DNA of 64,000 nt from Anthoceros angustus. Its lineage: Eukaryota > Plantae > Anthocerotophyta. Location of the stretch: NCBI GenBank assembly GCA_010909165.1, contig MU008162.1, positions 124,001-188,000 of the forward strand. The letters are read 5' to 3'. Below, in pieces: positions 1 through 10,962 of this stretch. A program made the position numbers and the translations under genes. The stretch's first letter is position 1. The number at the start of each line of letters is the position of its first letter. The notes under the pieces were generated by a model, which was given only the letters and a program-made list of their open reading frames with translations, had not been told where the DNA came from and ran no database searches.

Positions 1-134
1 TTGCTGAAAGCGAAAGAGTAAACATGAGACCTGGATCTAGAGAAGAGTTACCTCCAATGGACCAACCGGATCTAAGTGATGAGAATAGAAAATCACCTAA
101 ATTAGAAGTTGTTCATGAAGAATTAACTGATCCT

Positions 135-243
135 TTGTCTCACCGATCAGAAACAAGCTCTGAATTGTCTCATCCGGCAGAAACAAGCTCTGAATTGTCT
201 CATACGGCAGAAACAAGCTTTGAATTATCTCATCAAGCAGAAA
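135..243 (+). repeat. 30-bp tandem repeat (~3.5 copies) inside a low-complexity ORF fragment, probably a retroelement remnant
   Basis: The unit cagaaacaagctctgaattgtctcatccgg starts at 148, 178 and 208, with partial flanking copies. It encodes AETSSELSHP repeats in ORF 24..332 and is followed by AT-rich DNA. Confidence 0.8.
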
Positions 244-1104
244 TGATGGAACCAGAAAGAATGGGACAACAAAGCACTAATGTTAGTACAAATGTGAAAG
301 AAATGGAGGTTACAGTTGCGACAGAAGAGTGAAAGAATCTCGACCTGAGGTGAAAGAAGCCAAACTTGCAGACAAAGGACCAGGCCCTTCCCACGAGGGT
401 AAATGAAAGATCTAAAAGGACTAATATCTAATAGGTAGCCACAGGTATCTCATGTAATGGACACACAAAAGGTAATTTGAGAAAGAGAAGGTGTTGAATG
501 CGGTTGTTACAGAATTTAATGTAAGATGAAATACATTAAGTAGTTTCATATAGTTAAATTTGATAAAATTAAAATTAAAATAATATTTCTTGATATATAA
601 TATATAACAAGAATTTCAAAATTACAGTCAATAATTTCATGATACATGCTTGATATAAAATATCTATAATAATAATATAAAAAATGCGATGAAAGAATAC
701 TAGATAAAAGATAGGTCCTAAAAATGGGTCATCGAGGATAATGTTGATCTCACAAGTACATAAATGAGCTCAATAATACCATCGCCTCCTAAAAGGAGCG
801 GAAATGAAGAAAATATCTGCACACATTCAAACGTGCATCCAACATATTTGTATACCTACGTACTGGCCGTGTCCGTAGTTCAGTAAATAGTGCATATTCT
901 TCATCTGTGATGGGACCCACAAAGTACCTGGTATGACCATTAACAAGCACGCGTCATGCATGTGCCATGTCGTGAAAGCGGATGGTCTGGAAAGGAACTG
1001 GGTTTACCGGCCCCGGTAACCGACACTGCCGTGTGCCCCCTGCTCCTGCATCATGCGCTTTGTAAGCTTGTCGGATTCGTGAATCGTGGAACGTTGAGGC
1101 CGCC

Positions 1105-2170
1105 ATGTGTACCTCTCTGCAGCTGCAGCTGCAGCTCGCATCGTGCAGCGGCTCCTGGCCTCGGCCACGGGAATGTGGATTTGCGCTGCCAGCTGCGGGG
1201 AGCCTGGGGAGGACTCGGACAAGGAGCAGATCGGGCCGGGTGCAGTGCAGCGTGGGGGAAACGGGGATGGCCTGGGTGAGCTTCCCCAAGCTGGAGGGAG
1301 CCGGCCACCGGCTCATGTCCGACATAGCAGGCACCATCGAGACGGAGCTAGGGCCGTTGCTGGAACCAAGCCGCACTCCTGAGGATGTCAAGCATTTCAA
1401 GAACGCGCAGGGGAATGGCGAGGGCTCCGTTACCATCAGGGCCGGGAAGGAAGGGTCTAAGGTCCGTCTTTAAGTCGGGATGGCATGGAGATGAGTTGCC
1501 GGAGTCGGAATTGGCCTGGGGAAGCATCTGACTGAGGCTGGTGTGGTGCGTGCAGATCGATTTCGTGCTCGGATCTTGGCTGAACGTGGAGTTGCCGTTT
1601 GGGACACTCAAGATTGCCACGCTCATTGCTATGCTTGCACCGGGCACGGATGCTCCGCACCTGCTGTTTGAGTTCATCCAGAGCGGGCCGAATGCTCTTG
1701 TTGTTGTGCTCGACCTGCTCCCTCGGAAAGATTTGGTGCTGGAACCTGAGTATCTGAAGCGGATATACGAGGATTCGGAGCTGGAGAATGTGAGGCTGGA
1801 GCTGCACAAGGTTCGGGCTGTGCAGGACTATGTTTCCTCTTCTCTTTACGTGAGAAGCATTATCTCACCAACTGCGCTGCTGCTTAAAATCAATGGAAAT
1901 CTTCCCTCGGGGGAGCCTGTTGAGGGAGGGCTGGAGGAAGTGGTGGCCCGATCTGTCCATCCGAATGCCAAGAAAGTGTTTCTCACCTGGTTGGATGCAT
2001 TTCGAAATAAAGGCCTGGAGCCTGAAGGGAAGGAGAAGGAGCACCTGTTGAAGCGGGATGACATGATCAAAACCAAGGGAGTGGAGGTGGATTTGAGTTC
2101 AAATATGCCCCGCCTGTTCGGCCAAGACGTGGCTGACCGTGTTGTGGCAGCATTTCGGAAGGGACAATAG
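1105..2170 (+). CDS. RCCR: Red chlorophyll catabolite reductase (2 exons: 1105-1461, 1556-2170)
   Basis: A GT-AG intron at 1462-1555 joins ...GEGSVTIRAGKEGSK to IDFVLGSWL...DAPHLLFEFIQSGP...VVLDLLPRKDLVLEPEYLKRIYED...SSSLYVRSIISPTA...DLSSNMPRLFG, all typical RCCR/ACD2 motifs. The Ser/Arg-rich N-terminus looks like a transit peptide. Confidence 0.9.
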
Positions 2171-2417
2171 CTGGCACGCTTGGCAGACAGAGCACCACTT
2201 GCGCTGCGCCATATGTATGTATGTATGTATGTATGAGCACAGTCTCACGTGCCTACGTACATACAAGCCAAGGCCAGCCAGCGCGTTGCAGGATCCCGAG
2301 CTTGTCATGAAGTGGCAGAAGGCCGTTGCGTTGGTATCAGAGACGGAAGAGTTCCTGGTGCAGGAAGCACTTTCAAAAGTAGCAGTATCTTTAGTTAATC
2401 GGAGTGTGCATCTCAAC

Positions 2418-3329
2418 TCAGTCAAGATCGAAACACAGCTTTGCCTCATCCCAAGGACCGTTGATCTCGAACTTGAATTTCTGGATTCTTATCAGCCAGT
2501 AGGGGCAGCCGAAGGTGATGAAAAGCACCACTACAAGGAACACAGCAAAGGCAAGCTGGTTGAGAGGAAACAGCAGCCTGCCTGTGAGTCCTGCCAGGAT
2601 GATAAAAAATCCCATGTAAGCTTGGGGAGATTGTTGCCTAATGGAGCGGGCCACCAGAGGAAAAATAAGAAAGGATGCCATGGAGAAGAGCATCAACGCG
2701 AACACCAGTTGTTGAGAAGAAACCCGTGAGGCTATCAGTACAGAAGCAGCTATCGATGCGTTCAAGGAGACATTGGATGACAGTGTGCTGGCCGATCCCG
2801 GTGGCCATTTCCCCTTGGCGGTGTCCAAGCTGTAGTCATGGAAGTAGAGATGGAGCAGCACAAGGCACACTGTTAGTGCCCAGATGGAGTCCGAGCTGAT
2901 GGACCTGGTGAGGGTCTGAAAAATAGGGCTCAGCACATAGAGCACGCTGACGAAGAGGCCCAAGTTCCTCAGGCTGCTCAGAACGGACGCCGGATGCAAG
3001 CCCTTCCTGTTGGTGATGAGAAGCACCAGGAGGTCGAGCAGCACGATGATGGCATCCACCCAGAGAAGCAAAGATGAGTCCATTCCGCCGTTCAGCGCAT
3101 GCGTCCACACCACGGCCACCACAGCCACCACGCAGAAGTGCTGCGAAATTGGCACCGAATCTCGCACCACAGTGCCGATGTCTCGCTTCACCACGTTGGC
3201 GTTCACCACCATAGCTTCCAGGAAAGATGCGTCTGTGTAGTTGTCCTCATAGCCCTGCTGCTTTCCCCCGTACAGAGTCTTGGTCCAGCTCGGGCCTGGA
3301 GGCCTCTTCTCGGTCTCACCTGCCGGCAT
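2418..3329 (-). CDS. PIGC: GPI-GlcNAc transferase subunit C (PIG-C/GPI2), intronless
   Basis: Motifs W.K.LYGGKQQGYEDNYTDASFL, LSPIFQTLTRSISSDSIWA, LYFHDY, SLNASIAASVLIASR and C-terminal KFEINGPWDEAKL, with several transmembrane segments. The likely ATG is at 3329 (MPAGE). Confidence 0.93.
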   Translation of the reverse strand: MPAGETEKRPPGPSWTKTLYGGKQQGYEDNYTDASFLEAMVVNANVVKRDIGTVVRDSVPISQHFCVVAVVAVVWTHALNGGMDSSLLLWVDAIIVLLDLLVLLITNRKGLHPASVLSSLRNLGLFVSVLYVLSPIFQTLTRSISSDSIWALTVCLVLLHLYFHDYSLDTAKGKWPPGSASTLSSNVSLNASIAASVLIASRVSSQQLVFALMLFSMASFLIFPLVARSIRQQSPQAYMGFFIILAGLTGRLLFPLNQLAFAVFLVVVLFITFGCPYWLIRIQKFKFEINGPWDEAKLCFDLD

Positions 3330-3934
3330 GGTTGAAGACGACCCTCGCTTGCGAAGACCTAGCTGGGCGGCAAGCAAGACCGAACTCGGGTGGAGGGGAA
3401 AAGGAAATTGACCGCACAATAGTTTTCTCCGAGGACGAAAGTGTAGAAGTGGGGAAGAAAAACACTGCCATGTCACTTCCTTCAAGGAAGGAGTGACATC
3501 CATTCCAACTCCTCGTACGGATCGACGGATCAGTGCTCGGATGGGGTGCTTCTCATTCCACAGTTTCAAGGCCCATCAATGGGGTGCTACCCATCCCCCA
3601 TCTATCTATGGCCCATCAACATCGTGCCTTCCGCCGTCTCCGTCGGGTGCGGGGCCGCCAATTGGTAGCAAATCCCAGTGCTGGACTTTGATGTATACTT
3701 TGGCACATCTGTAAAGTGTCCGAATTCACTAAAAAAAATGCCATTCAAGGCAATCGCACATGAAAGATCATAAAACAGGGTATGTTATGTTATGTCACCC
3801 TCCGCTATCTTACACATAGTGGCACACAAATCCTACAGAGACTTGGGATTTCACAATCCCAGAGCTGGCTGTGATATGCACGTCCCCTCACGAGCTCTTG
3901 ATCTTCCAGGTCTGGCTGTAATATGCACGGCCCC

Positions 3935-4864
3935 TCACTTCCAGGGATGGACAACGGCCACAACTATGATGATGATGATGATGAGCAGGATTATGATGGC
4001 GAGGCACATGCATTTTCTGGAGCTCTTCTGCAATTTCTTAGCCTTCTGCAGCTGGACAGTCCCTTCAGTAACATGGTCGACTGCCCTGCTCACCTGATTC
4101 TGGATGTTGTCGATGAGGTCTCCCTGGGCCTCCACGAGCACTGCCATATCCAGGAACACCTGATGGAGCTCCAGCAGCTTCCTCTCTATGTCCTTGACAG
4201 CATCATGGCGCTCCTGAATCTCAGCTATGGTCTCCAAAATCTGCCCACGGCCCTGCTGTTGGATGGCTCTTTGGAAGATCTGCTCGCTGTCTCCGGTGTC
4301 GATCAGGTGCTCGATGGTGGCCTCATCAGGCTTCTGCCCAGTCACCGTGTAATATCTCCTCTCCACAACCTCTCGATACTCATCCTGGAACTTGTGCCTC
4401 AGAGCTTGAAAGTCGTCCATGAGCCCCTTCAACTTTTTCTTCAGAGTTGCGGTGACGGACATCCTCGTCCTGTCAGTGCTGGACCCTTCCTCACAGCCCT
4501 TCACCTTTCGGCTGGCGATGTTAGCCCGGTCCAGGGCCTCGATCTTGGACCTCAGCGAATGCGCAATCTTGCTGATGTCATCCACATCCCGGTCCATCTT
4601 TTCCTTCAGATCCTTCATGGCACTGGCCTTGGTAACCGCCTTGCTCTCCGCATGCAAGTCCTCCAACTTCTGCAATCCCGATCGGATCTGTGCCATGGCA
4701 TTTTTCACATCGTTCACCTCTTGAAGAAACTTGGCCATGTTCTGAGCAGAAACGTCCCCGGGGCCAGGGGCAGGAGACGGGGGAACCCCTGATGTCCCCG
4801 CCTCCAAATCATATCCGTTGGCCCCATCCCTCCCCTGACCACTGTCTCCCAAAAGGTCATTCAT
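3935..4864 (-). CDS. Plasma-membrane Qa-SNARE syntaxin, SYP13 (SYP132-like), intronless
   Basis: MNDLL N-peptide, Habc helices, DRTRMSVT, EYREVVERRYYTVTG, SNARE motif EIQERHDAVKDIERKLLELHQVFLDMAVLVEAQG and a C-terminal transmembrane anchor. Confidence 0.93.
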   Translation of the reverse strand: MNDLLGDSGQGRDGANGYDLEAGTSGVPPSPAPGPGDVSAQNMAKFLQEVNDVKNAMAQIRSGLQKLEDLHAESKAVTKASAMKDLKEKMDRDVDDISKIAHSLRSKIEALDRANIASRKVKGCEEGSSTDRTRMSVTATLKKKLKGLMDDFQALRHKFQDEYREVVERRYYTVTGQKPDEATIEHLIDTGDSEQIFQRAIQQQGRGQILETIAEIQERHDAVKDIERKLLELHQVFLDMAVLVEAQGDLIDNIQNQVSRAVDHVTEGTVQLQKAKKLQKSSRKCMCLAIIILLIIIIIIVVAVVHPWK

Positions 4865-7645
4865 TTTCCTTCAGCAGCTCACTCCAAGCGAATCGACCTC
4901 CGATTCGTACTAAACACGAGCGCACCTTTCTCGCGTAACGTTTCCCGAGCACTCCCTGGTACCAAACCCTCGACGTCAGCAAGTGAACAAAGCCATAGCC
5001 TGAACTTAAAGACCATTTCCCCAGCCCTGCCTTCACACGAAAAGAACAAGCCCCGATTCACATCCACGCAGAAGTAAGTACCTTGAACCTGAGCCCGCGC
5101 ATCCAGCTCCGTCTGGAGCGCACCAGTCCCTCCTACCCCCGCTGCCAGCTCACGAATCCCAACTCCGAGAAAAATCCGAGCTGCGATGGAGCAGACGGCC
5201 CTAGAACACCACCAGCACTGCAGGGGACAGCGCTGCGGGGTCCCATACACCTCACCGAGCCTCCGTGACACAGAACCGCGCAAAAATCCAGCCGTCTGAG
5301 GCGAAACCAGCACAGATCCGTTCCGTCCTGGCAAGCGAAGAGGAAGCCCTCAGCTACAGCTCCTGACAAGCTTGCCAAGCATCAAATTGATGCAGAAAAC
5401 ACATCATCTTGACGGCAAGGGCGAGCTCACCTCCAGATCTGGAAGCGGAAACACAGCGGGACCGAATTCGCACAGCGTCACGCCGGCTGCAACAATGGCG
5501 TCGACTCAGAACGCGCGTCCCGAAGCTGCCGCGCTCCCGCGCTCCAACAACAGAGCGGGAGCACACGGCCACTGACGAGCTGCTGAGAGCCTGACACAAC
5601 GAGGCCTTGGCTCGCCCGGGATATCTATCTACTGCTGCCGTGCTGCTTCCCAAACAGTTGGCGTTTCCTCGAAAACACCAACGCCGTTGTCTGCCCCCGT
5701 TTCTATAAGAGCAGGCCTGTGCTGTGCACTGTACAACGATGAGCGTAACTTCCCACCACTTTCCCATGGCCTGTTGCACATACATACATTCATCCCAGCA
5801 TCCGACATATGCGCACTACTTTTCCTCTGTATGAACCTACGCGTTTCTTCTCTCTCTATCGCAGGTCTCCGTTACAACGCGGTGGTGTCAAAGCGAAGAC
5901 GGGAGGGACGAGGATATTTTCTGGCGCCGGCGTTGGGAGACGGAGAGCTGGAATGATCTATCTACTACAACACGCTATCAGGAAATGTCGCATTCGTAGG
6001 GCTGGGAAGAATACATTGGCTGATAAGTGTTGAGAACCAACCCGGAGTATGAAGCTTGAGGTCAAGGTTCTTACCCGCAAGAGCTTTTGATACGTTTTGT
6101 CAAGCTTTTGAGACGCGTTTTGAGCGTTAGGGTTGGACGGCTCATGAAGGCACCATTGAGATATTCGGAGTCTGTTGAAAAGGCTGCACAACCGATGGCT
6201 GCTGTTGCTGCTGTGAAAGCGGGAGCCATGTCCCGCAAGATCAGCCCACGCTTCGCTGCAGACTCTGGTTCAAACGGGGAGGATTTCACGCTTCTCTAAT
6301 TGCGGCACCCAGGTAGAACATGTGTGGGGTTTACTGTGAGCTTGTGCTCGACGGCGGCGCTGCAGACCAGCTCGCGGTGGCCGAATCCCAGGGTTCCTGG
6401 CTCGAAGTGGAATGCTGTAAGGTGAGCGTCCTGCGCCGGCCAAAGGTCACTTGCTTTTCCGAATTGCATGGACCACGCGAAGCTGTCGAAGTTGCAGGGT
6501 CGGCGCTGAGGGCCACGACGCCACGCCTCGGCCAGCGCAGGCTCCGGCCTGTCCAGGTGTTCTTCCAGATGCGGCGACCGACGCAGCATCGCCACAGCCA
6601 GGATGTCCCAAGCTGGTTAACACACTATGAATATGATTTTTAGGTACTTTTGATTGCTAAATTATAATGATGGGCCACCTCATCGGTCTCCACAATCCTA
6701 GGCCTCGAAACATCCATGCAACTGAGTCTGTATTTGGCGAAGGTTACGGGCACCAAGATTATGGCGGAAATTCTCCGGCCGCTCGGGGTGAACCTGGCCT
6801 CCACGTGTAAGGCAGGCAGGCTGGATGTTTAGGTCTTAACATCGTTGTGCAGACCAGTGAACTGCGCACTGTGGGATATTCGTTTCTGCTTATCCTTTCT
6901 GCCATCCTCCTGTCCACAGAACTGCTAGCTCAGCCCTCTGCGTTCATGAGGCGCTATGCTGGCTGTCAGAACTGTTCCTTCCTTCAACCTTTTCACAACC
7001 AGTGATTCTGCCTGTCCATCTGGCCACTCCTCCTGTGAGTTTGTCAATGGACTTGCTTTGGCTGGTGTGGATGGCGAAGCATGCTGGACCACATCACCGT
7101 GATAGTGCAAATCCAGGAGCCTGATGCACCGGGTGGCATAAATCTGAAAGGCACATGAGACCGAAAGCCATCCCCGACTTCACAATGCTGGCATCTGCAG
7201 CACAAGCGAAGCAAGGACGGACGATGTTACGTAACACACGCACTATCTTGGGAGAGGAAGCACAATGCTTGACCCTGGCCAAAATGCCAACCTTAGGTCT
7301 CAGTTGGCACATAAAGCCTGATATGTTTAGAGCTGTATGTTGGTGGCTATGATGGTGCTCCAGATGATCACCAAGCAGATTTACAGATGTTGAGCTCTCA
7401 GAGGGAGTCAAATCACTTGCTCTGTGGAATGTCTTGGGTGGTCTGCACAGCTGAAATGAGTCTTTCGGGGTATGCATCTTCAGCAAGTAACAGCTGTGCA
7501 TCAACGTGGCTTGCTTCTCCGCAAGCTATCCACTCCTTGCGGCAAACTTTAATGGCCACAACTTTCCAGCACAGACAGGACTGTCCCTTAGACCGTTTCC
7601 AGGAGCATTTTAGCAACAGCCAGACCACACCAAATGGTGCTGTCA

Positions 7646-10342
7646 TCATCTGGGATGCTTTCCAACACAAAATCCAAGTGCTGCTTCTTCCATTTTCGCC
7701 AAAAGGTTGCCTATCTTGCCATATATGACACTGCTTTCAGGATGTACTTGGTCTCCAACAACAAAGACGTGGGCAATACCGTTCATGTCTGTCCACCAGC
7801 TGCGCCCTGGCTCTTTCCATGCTCGTGATGTCACTCGCAGTGACTGAATTTGCTCTGCCTCCTCAGGCATGTCAGCTGCTGCATAGATGTTTGACATCAA
7901 CACATATGGTGCCGCATCACTTTTATCAACCTTCACTGCACATTCAAATGCGTGTCTCCCAAGCTCAACCATTCCCCACTTTTGACAAGCACCCAGAACA
8001 GATTTCCACACTGCCAAATTTGCTTGAAAAGGCATAACTTTCACCATCTCGATTGCCTTCTGGACTTGGCCTGCGCGCCCAAGAAGGTCAACTACGCAAT
8101 TGAAGGTTTGGATGGTGGGGGTGATCGCATACTCTGTTCTCATTGCATCAAAGTACTGCTGGCCCGTATCCACAAGACCCACATGACTGCATACACTGAG
8201 GATAGCGAGAAAGGTGACGTCGTCGGGCTGCACACCCTCTTCCTTCATCCTGTTAAAGAGATTGAAGACAGCTTCACTCTCCCCCTGACGAGCATATCCC
8301 ACAAGCAATGCATTCCATGTCACGACTTCTCTTGTGAGCATTGCATCAAACACCTGCTGTGCATCAACCATGCTCGAACATTTTCCATACATGTCAATCA
8401 AACTATTTGCCACAAAGGGTTCAGCCGCTAGGCCAGTCTTCACAATCTGTGCATGAATCTCCCTTCCCCTCTCTAGTCCTGCCACAGCACCACAAGCATT
8501 GAGAGCACCAACATATGTCCTGTCATCTGGGACCACAGCTTCTTGCTGCATCCGAGTATACAGCTGTAAAGCCTCTTCACCTTTCTCCATCTGTGCGTAC
8601 CCGAGAATCATAGCATTCCAGGAAACCACGTCTCGATGAGGAATCTGCTCAAACACCTTCCTAGCACTCTCCAGACTTCCACATTTGGCATATGCATCCA
8701 CAAGCATCGTCCCCACAAACACATCTGACCCACACTTATCCTTTCCAACCATTGCATGGATGGATGTCACCATTTCCAGGCATCGTTGTTTCATGTCGTT
8801 ATCAGCAATTGAACCCCACAAACCTGCTATGGCACTGCAGGCCTTAAGCACAGCAACATAAGTTCGATTGTCCGGAACAACACCTTCCTGTTGCATCCGC
8901 GTATACAGGAGCAAAGCCTCTTCACCCTTCTCCACCTGGGCGTAACCCAAGATCATGGCATTCCAGGAAACGACATCCCGACAAGGCATTTCCTCAAAAA
9001 CCCGCCTAGCACTTTCGAGGCTCCCACATTTTGAGTACGCATCCACTAGCATGTTTCCCACGAATAGATTTCCCTCTACTCCACCCCTCCTGACATCTGC
9101 ATGGATGGCTACCACTGTTTCCAGGCATTGTTTCGTTACAAGAAGCTTGTCATGGCCATTCTTTTTCCCCACCTCTACAATGGTACTGCAAGCCTTGAGT
9201 GCACTGACATATGTTCGGTCATCTGGTACCAGACCTTCCTGCTGCATCCGTGAGTACAATTGCAATCCCTCCTCACCCTGCTCCATCTGCGAGTACCCCA
9301 AGATAATGGTATTCCACAAGACCACATTGCGAAAAGACATTTCCTCGAACACCCGCCTAGCATCCTCCAGGCTCGCACATTTCACATACGCATCGACCAG
9401 CATGTTCATCACAAAGACATCAGAGTCAAACTTCCCCTTCTCAATTTCAGTGTGGATGCCTTTCACGGTCTTCAAGCACTGCTGTCTAGCAAGCATTTCA
9501 TAACCGCCATTTCGCCACCCCAACTCTGCAATAGTGCTGCAGGCCTTAAGGACTCCAACATAAGTCCGGTTGTTGGGGGCCATACCAGCCTGTTGCATCA
9601 TTGCGTACAAATGCAAAGCCTCATCACCCTTCTCCATATGTGCATACCCCAAAATCATGGCATTCCAGGAAACCACATCACGATGAGGCATTTCCTCAAA
9701 CACCCGCCTAGCATTCTCCAGACTCCCACATTTTGCATACACGTCCACAAGCATGGTGCCCACATAGACATCTGTCTCAAGCCCACTTCTAACCACTTCT
9801 GCGTGGACCTCCTTGACACTTTTCAGGTCCTGCGAGCTACTGCATGCCTTCAACAGTGCCACGAAAGTATGTGGCCCTGGTTCCACGCCATCATTACGCA
9901 TCTCCTGGTACAATTTGAGAGCCTCTGTACCTCGCCCACGCTTCGTATGTTGCAATATCAGGGCCTTCCAGAAATCCTCCCCTCGTCCAGACTCTGTCAC
10001 GGCAAAGGCATCATCGAGCCTGCTTTCACCAGCAACGATGGTGGCGCTACCTTTGCCAGTACTCCTTTCCGAATGTGCCCTTTGTGGAGAGCTCCTGTCC
10101 TGCAGCCAACTTGTTCCCTGGGTCCTTTCCGACATCTTAACCGCAGGGCTACCGATCACTTGGATACCATGTCCAGCTCCGTATCGAGCACTCTCACCTG
10201 GCACCGTATGCAAGGCAATTGGTTGGCACCGTATGCCAGGGGATTGGCTGGACATGGCAAGGTCTCCACACTGATTCCGGTAGAGTCCCAGCATGTATAT
10301 TCCTTTCCTTGCAAGGCAAGGATGCCCACAAATGTGATACAA
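7646..10342 (-). CDS. PLS-class PPR protein, E/E+ (WW-type), 3 extra-long L motifs, no intact DYW
   Basis: 898-aa ORF (first ATG at 10294) of P-L-S triplets (DVVSWNAMILGY / RTYV..LKAC / VFVG.MLVDAY.KCGS), then P2-L2-S2, E1-E2 and the PG box AWKEPGRSWWTD. Confidence 0.92.
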   Translation of the reverse strand: MYHICGHPCLARKGIYMLGLYRNQCGDLAMSSQSPGIRCQPIALHTVPGESARYGAGHGIQVIGSPAVKMSERTQGTSWLQDRSSPQRAHSERSTGKGSATIVAGESRLDDAFAVTESGRGEDFWKALILQHTKRGRGTEALKLYQEMRNDGVEPGPHTFVALLKACSSSQDLKSVKEVHAEVVRSGLETDVYVGTMLVDVYAKCGSLENARRVFEEMPHRDVVSWNAMILGYAHMEKGDEALHLYAMMQQAGMAPNNRTYVGVLKACSTIAELGWRNGGYEMLARQQCLKTVKGIHTEIEKGKFDSDVFVMNMLVDAYVKCASLEDARRVFEEMSFRNVVLWNTIILGYSQMEQGEEGLQLYSRMQQEGLVPDDRTYVSALKACSTIVEVGKKNGHDKLLVTKQCLETVVAIHADVRRGGVEGNLFVGNMLVDAYSKCGSLESARRVFEEMPCRDVVSWNAMILGYAQVEKGEEALLLYTRMQQEGVVPDNRTYVAVLKACSAIAGLWGSIADNDMKQRCLEMVTSIHAMVGKDKCGSDVFVGTMLVDAYAKCGSLESARKVFEQIPHRDVVSWNAMILGYAQMEKGEEALQLYTRMQQEAVVPDDRTYVGALNACGAVAGLERGREIHAQIVKTGLAAEPFVANSLIDMYGKCSSMVDAQQVFDAMLTREVVTWNALLVGYARQGESEAVFNLFNRMKEEGVQPDDVTFLAILSVCSHVGLVDTGQQYFDAMRTEYAITPTIQTFNCVVDLLGRAGQVQKAIEMVKVMPFQANLAVWKSVLGACQKWGMVELGRHAFECAVKVDKSDAAPYVLMSNIYAAADMPEEAEQIQSLRVTSRAWKEPGRSWWTDMNGIAHVFVVGDQVHPESSVIYGKIGNLLAKMEEAALGFCVGKHPR

Positions 10343-10962
10343 GAGCTTAAACTTGCTGCCCGCCTACTGGGGCAAGTTGATTGTATCAAGGAATGACAGT
10401 CTGCCTACTATGTTGAAGAGAAAGTGCCAGACATCCGGGCATTAACCTGATGGCACCGGAGGCACTATACTCTGCCCAGTATGACTTTCACGAGAGAAAG
10501 TACCCACCATAAAGACACGATTTCATTATGCTGATGAAGCACCCGGCTTGTGGATAGGCTCTGAGAGCCTCTCAGGATGATGGCTTTAGCAGTCTTCACT
10601 GAGTTTGCACACTTATCGTCATCCTGTTGAAACTTGGAACTTGTACTCATGGAGCACACATGGTGGCGATCCATGCATAGGAGCCAGCACTGATGCAAAA
10701 GGAACATAAATAACAGTTTCAACTTGCTCCGGTTGAAGGAACTTGTGTGCCCAAAAGATTGACTGAATCGTGTTTCAATGGACTTCGAGTTCATGCAATC
10801 CAAGCTGCACCTCCAAGCATGGTTGCTTGATGGAGCCAGCAGAGACAGGCACGGCGCTCCGTTGGTTTTTGACTTGGAGGAACCAACGTTGGCATACATC
10901 CTCTGCCAAGATGTCTGGCTGGACACAAATTCTCGCAACAAGGATGGTCGCCTGGAGCTCAT

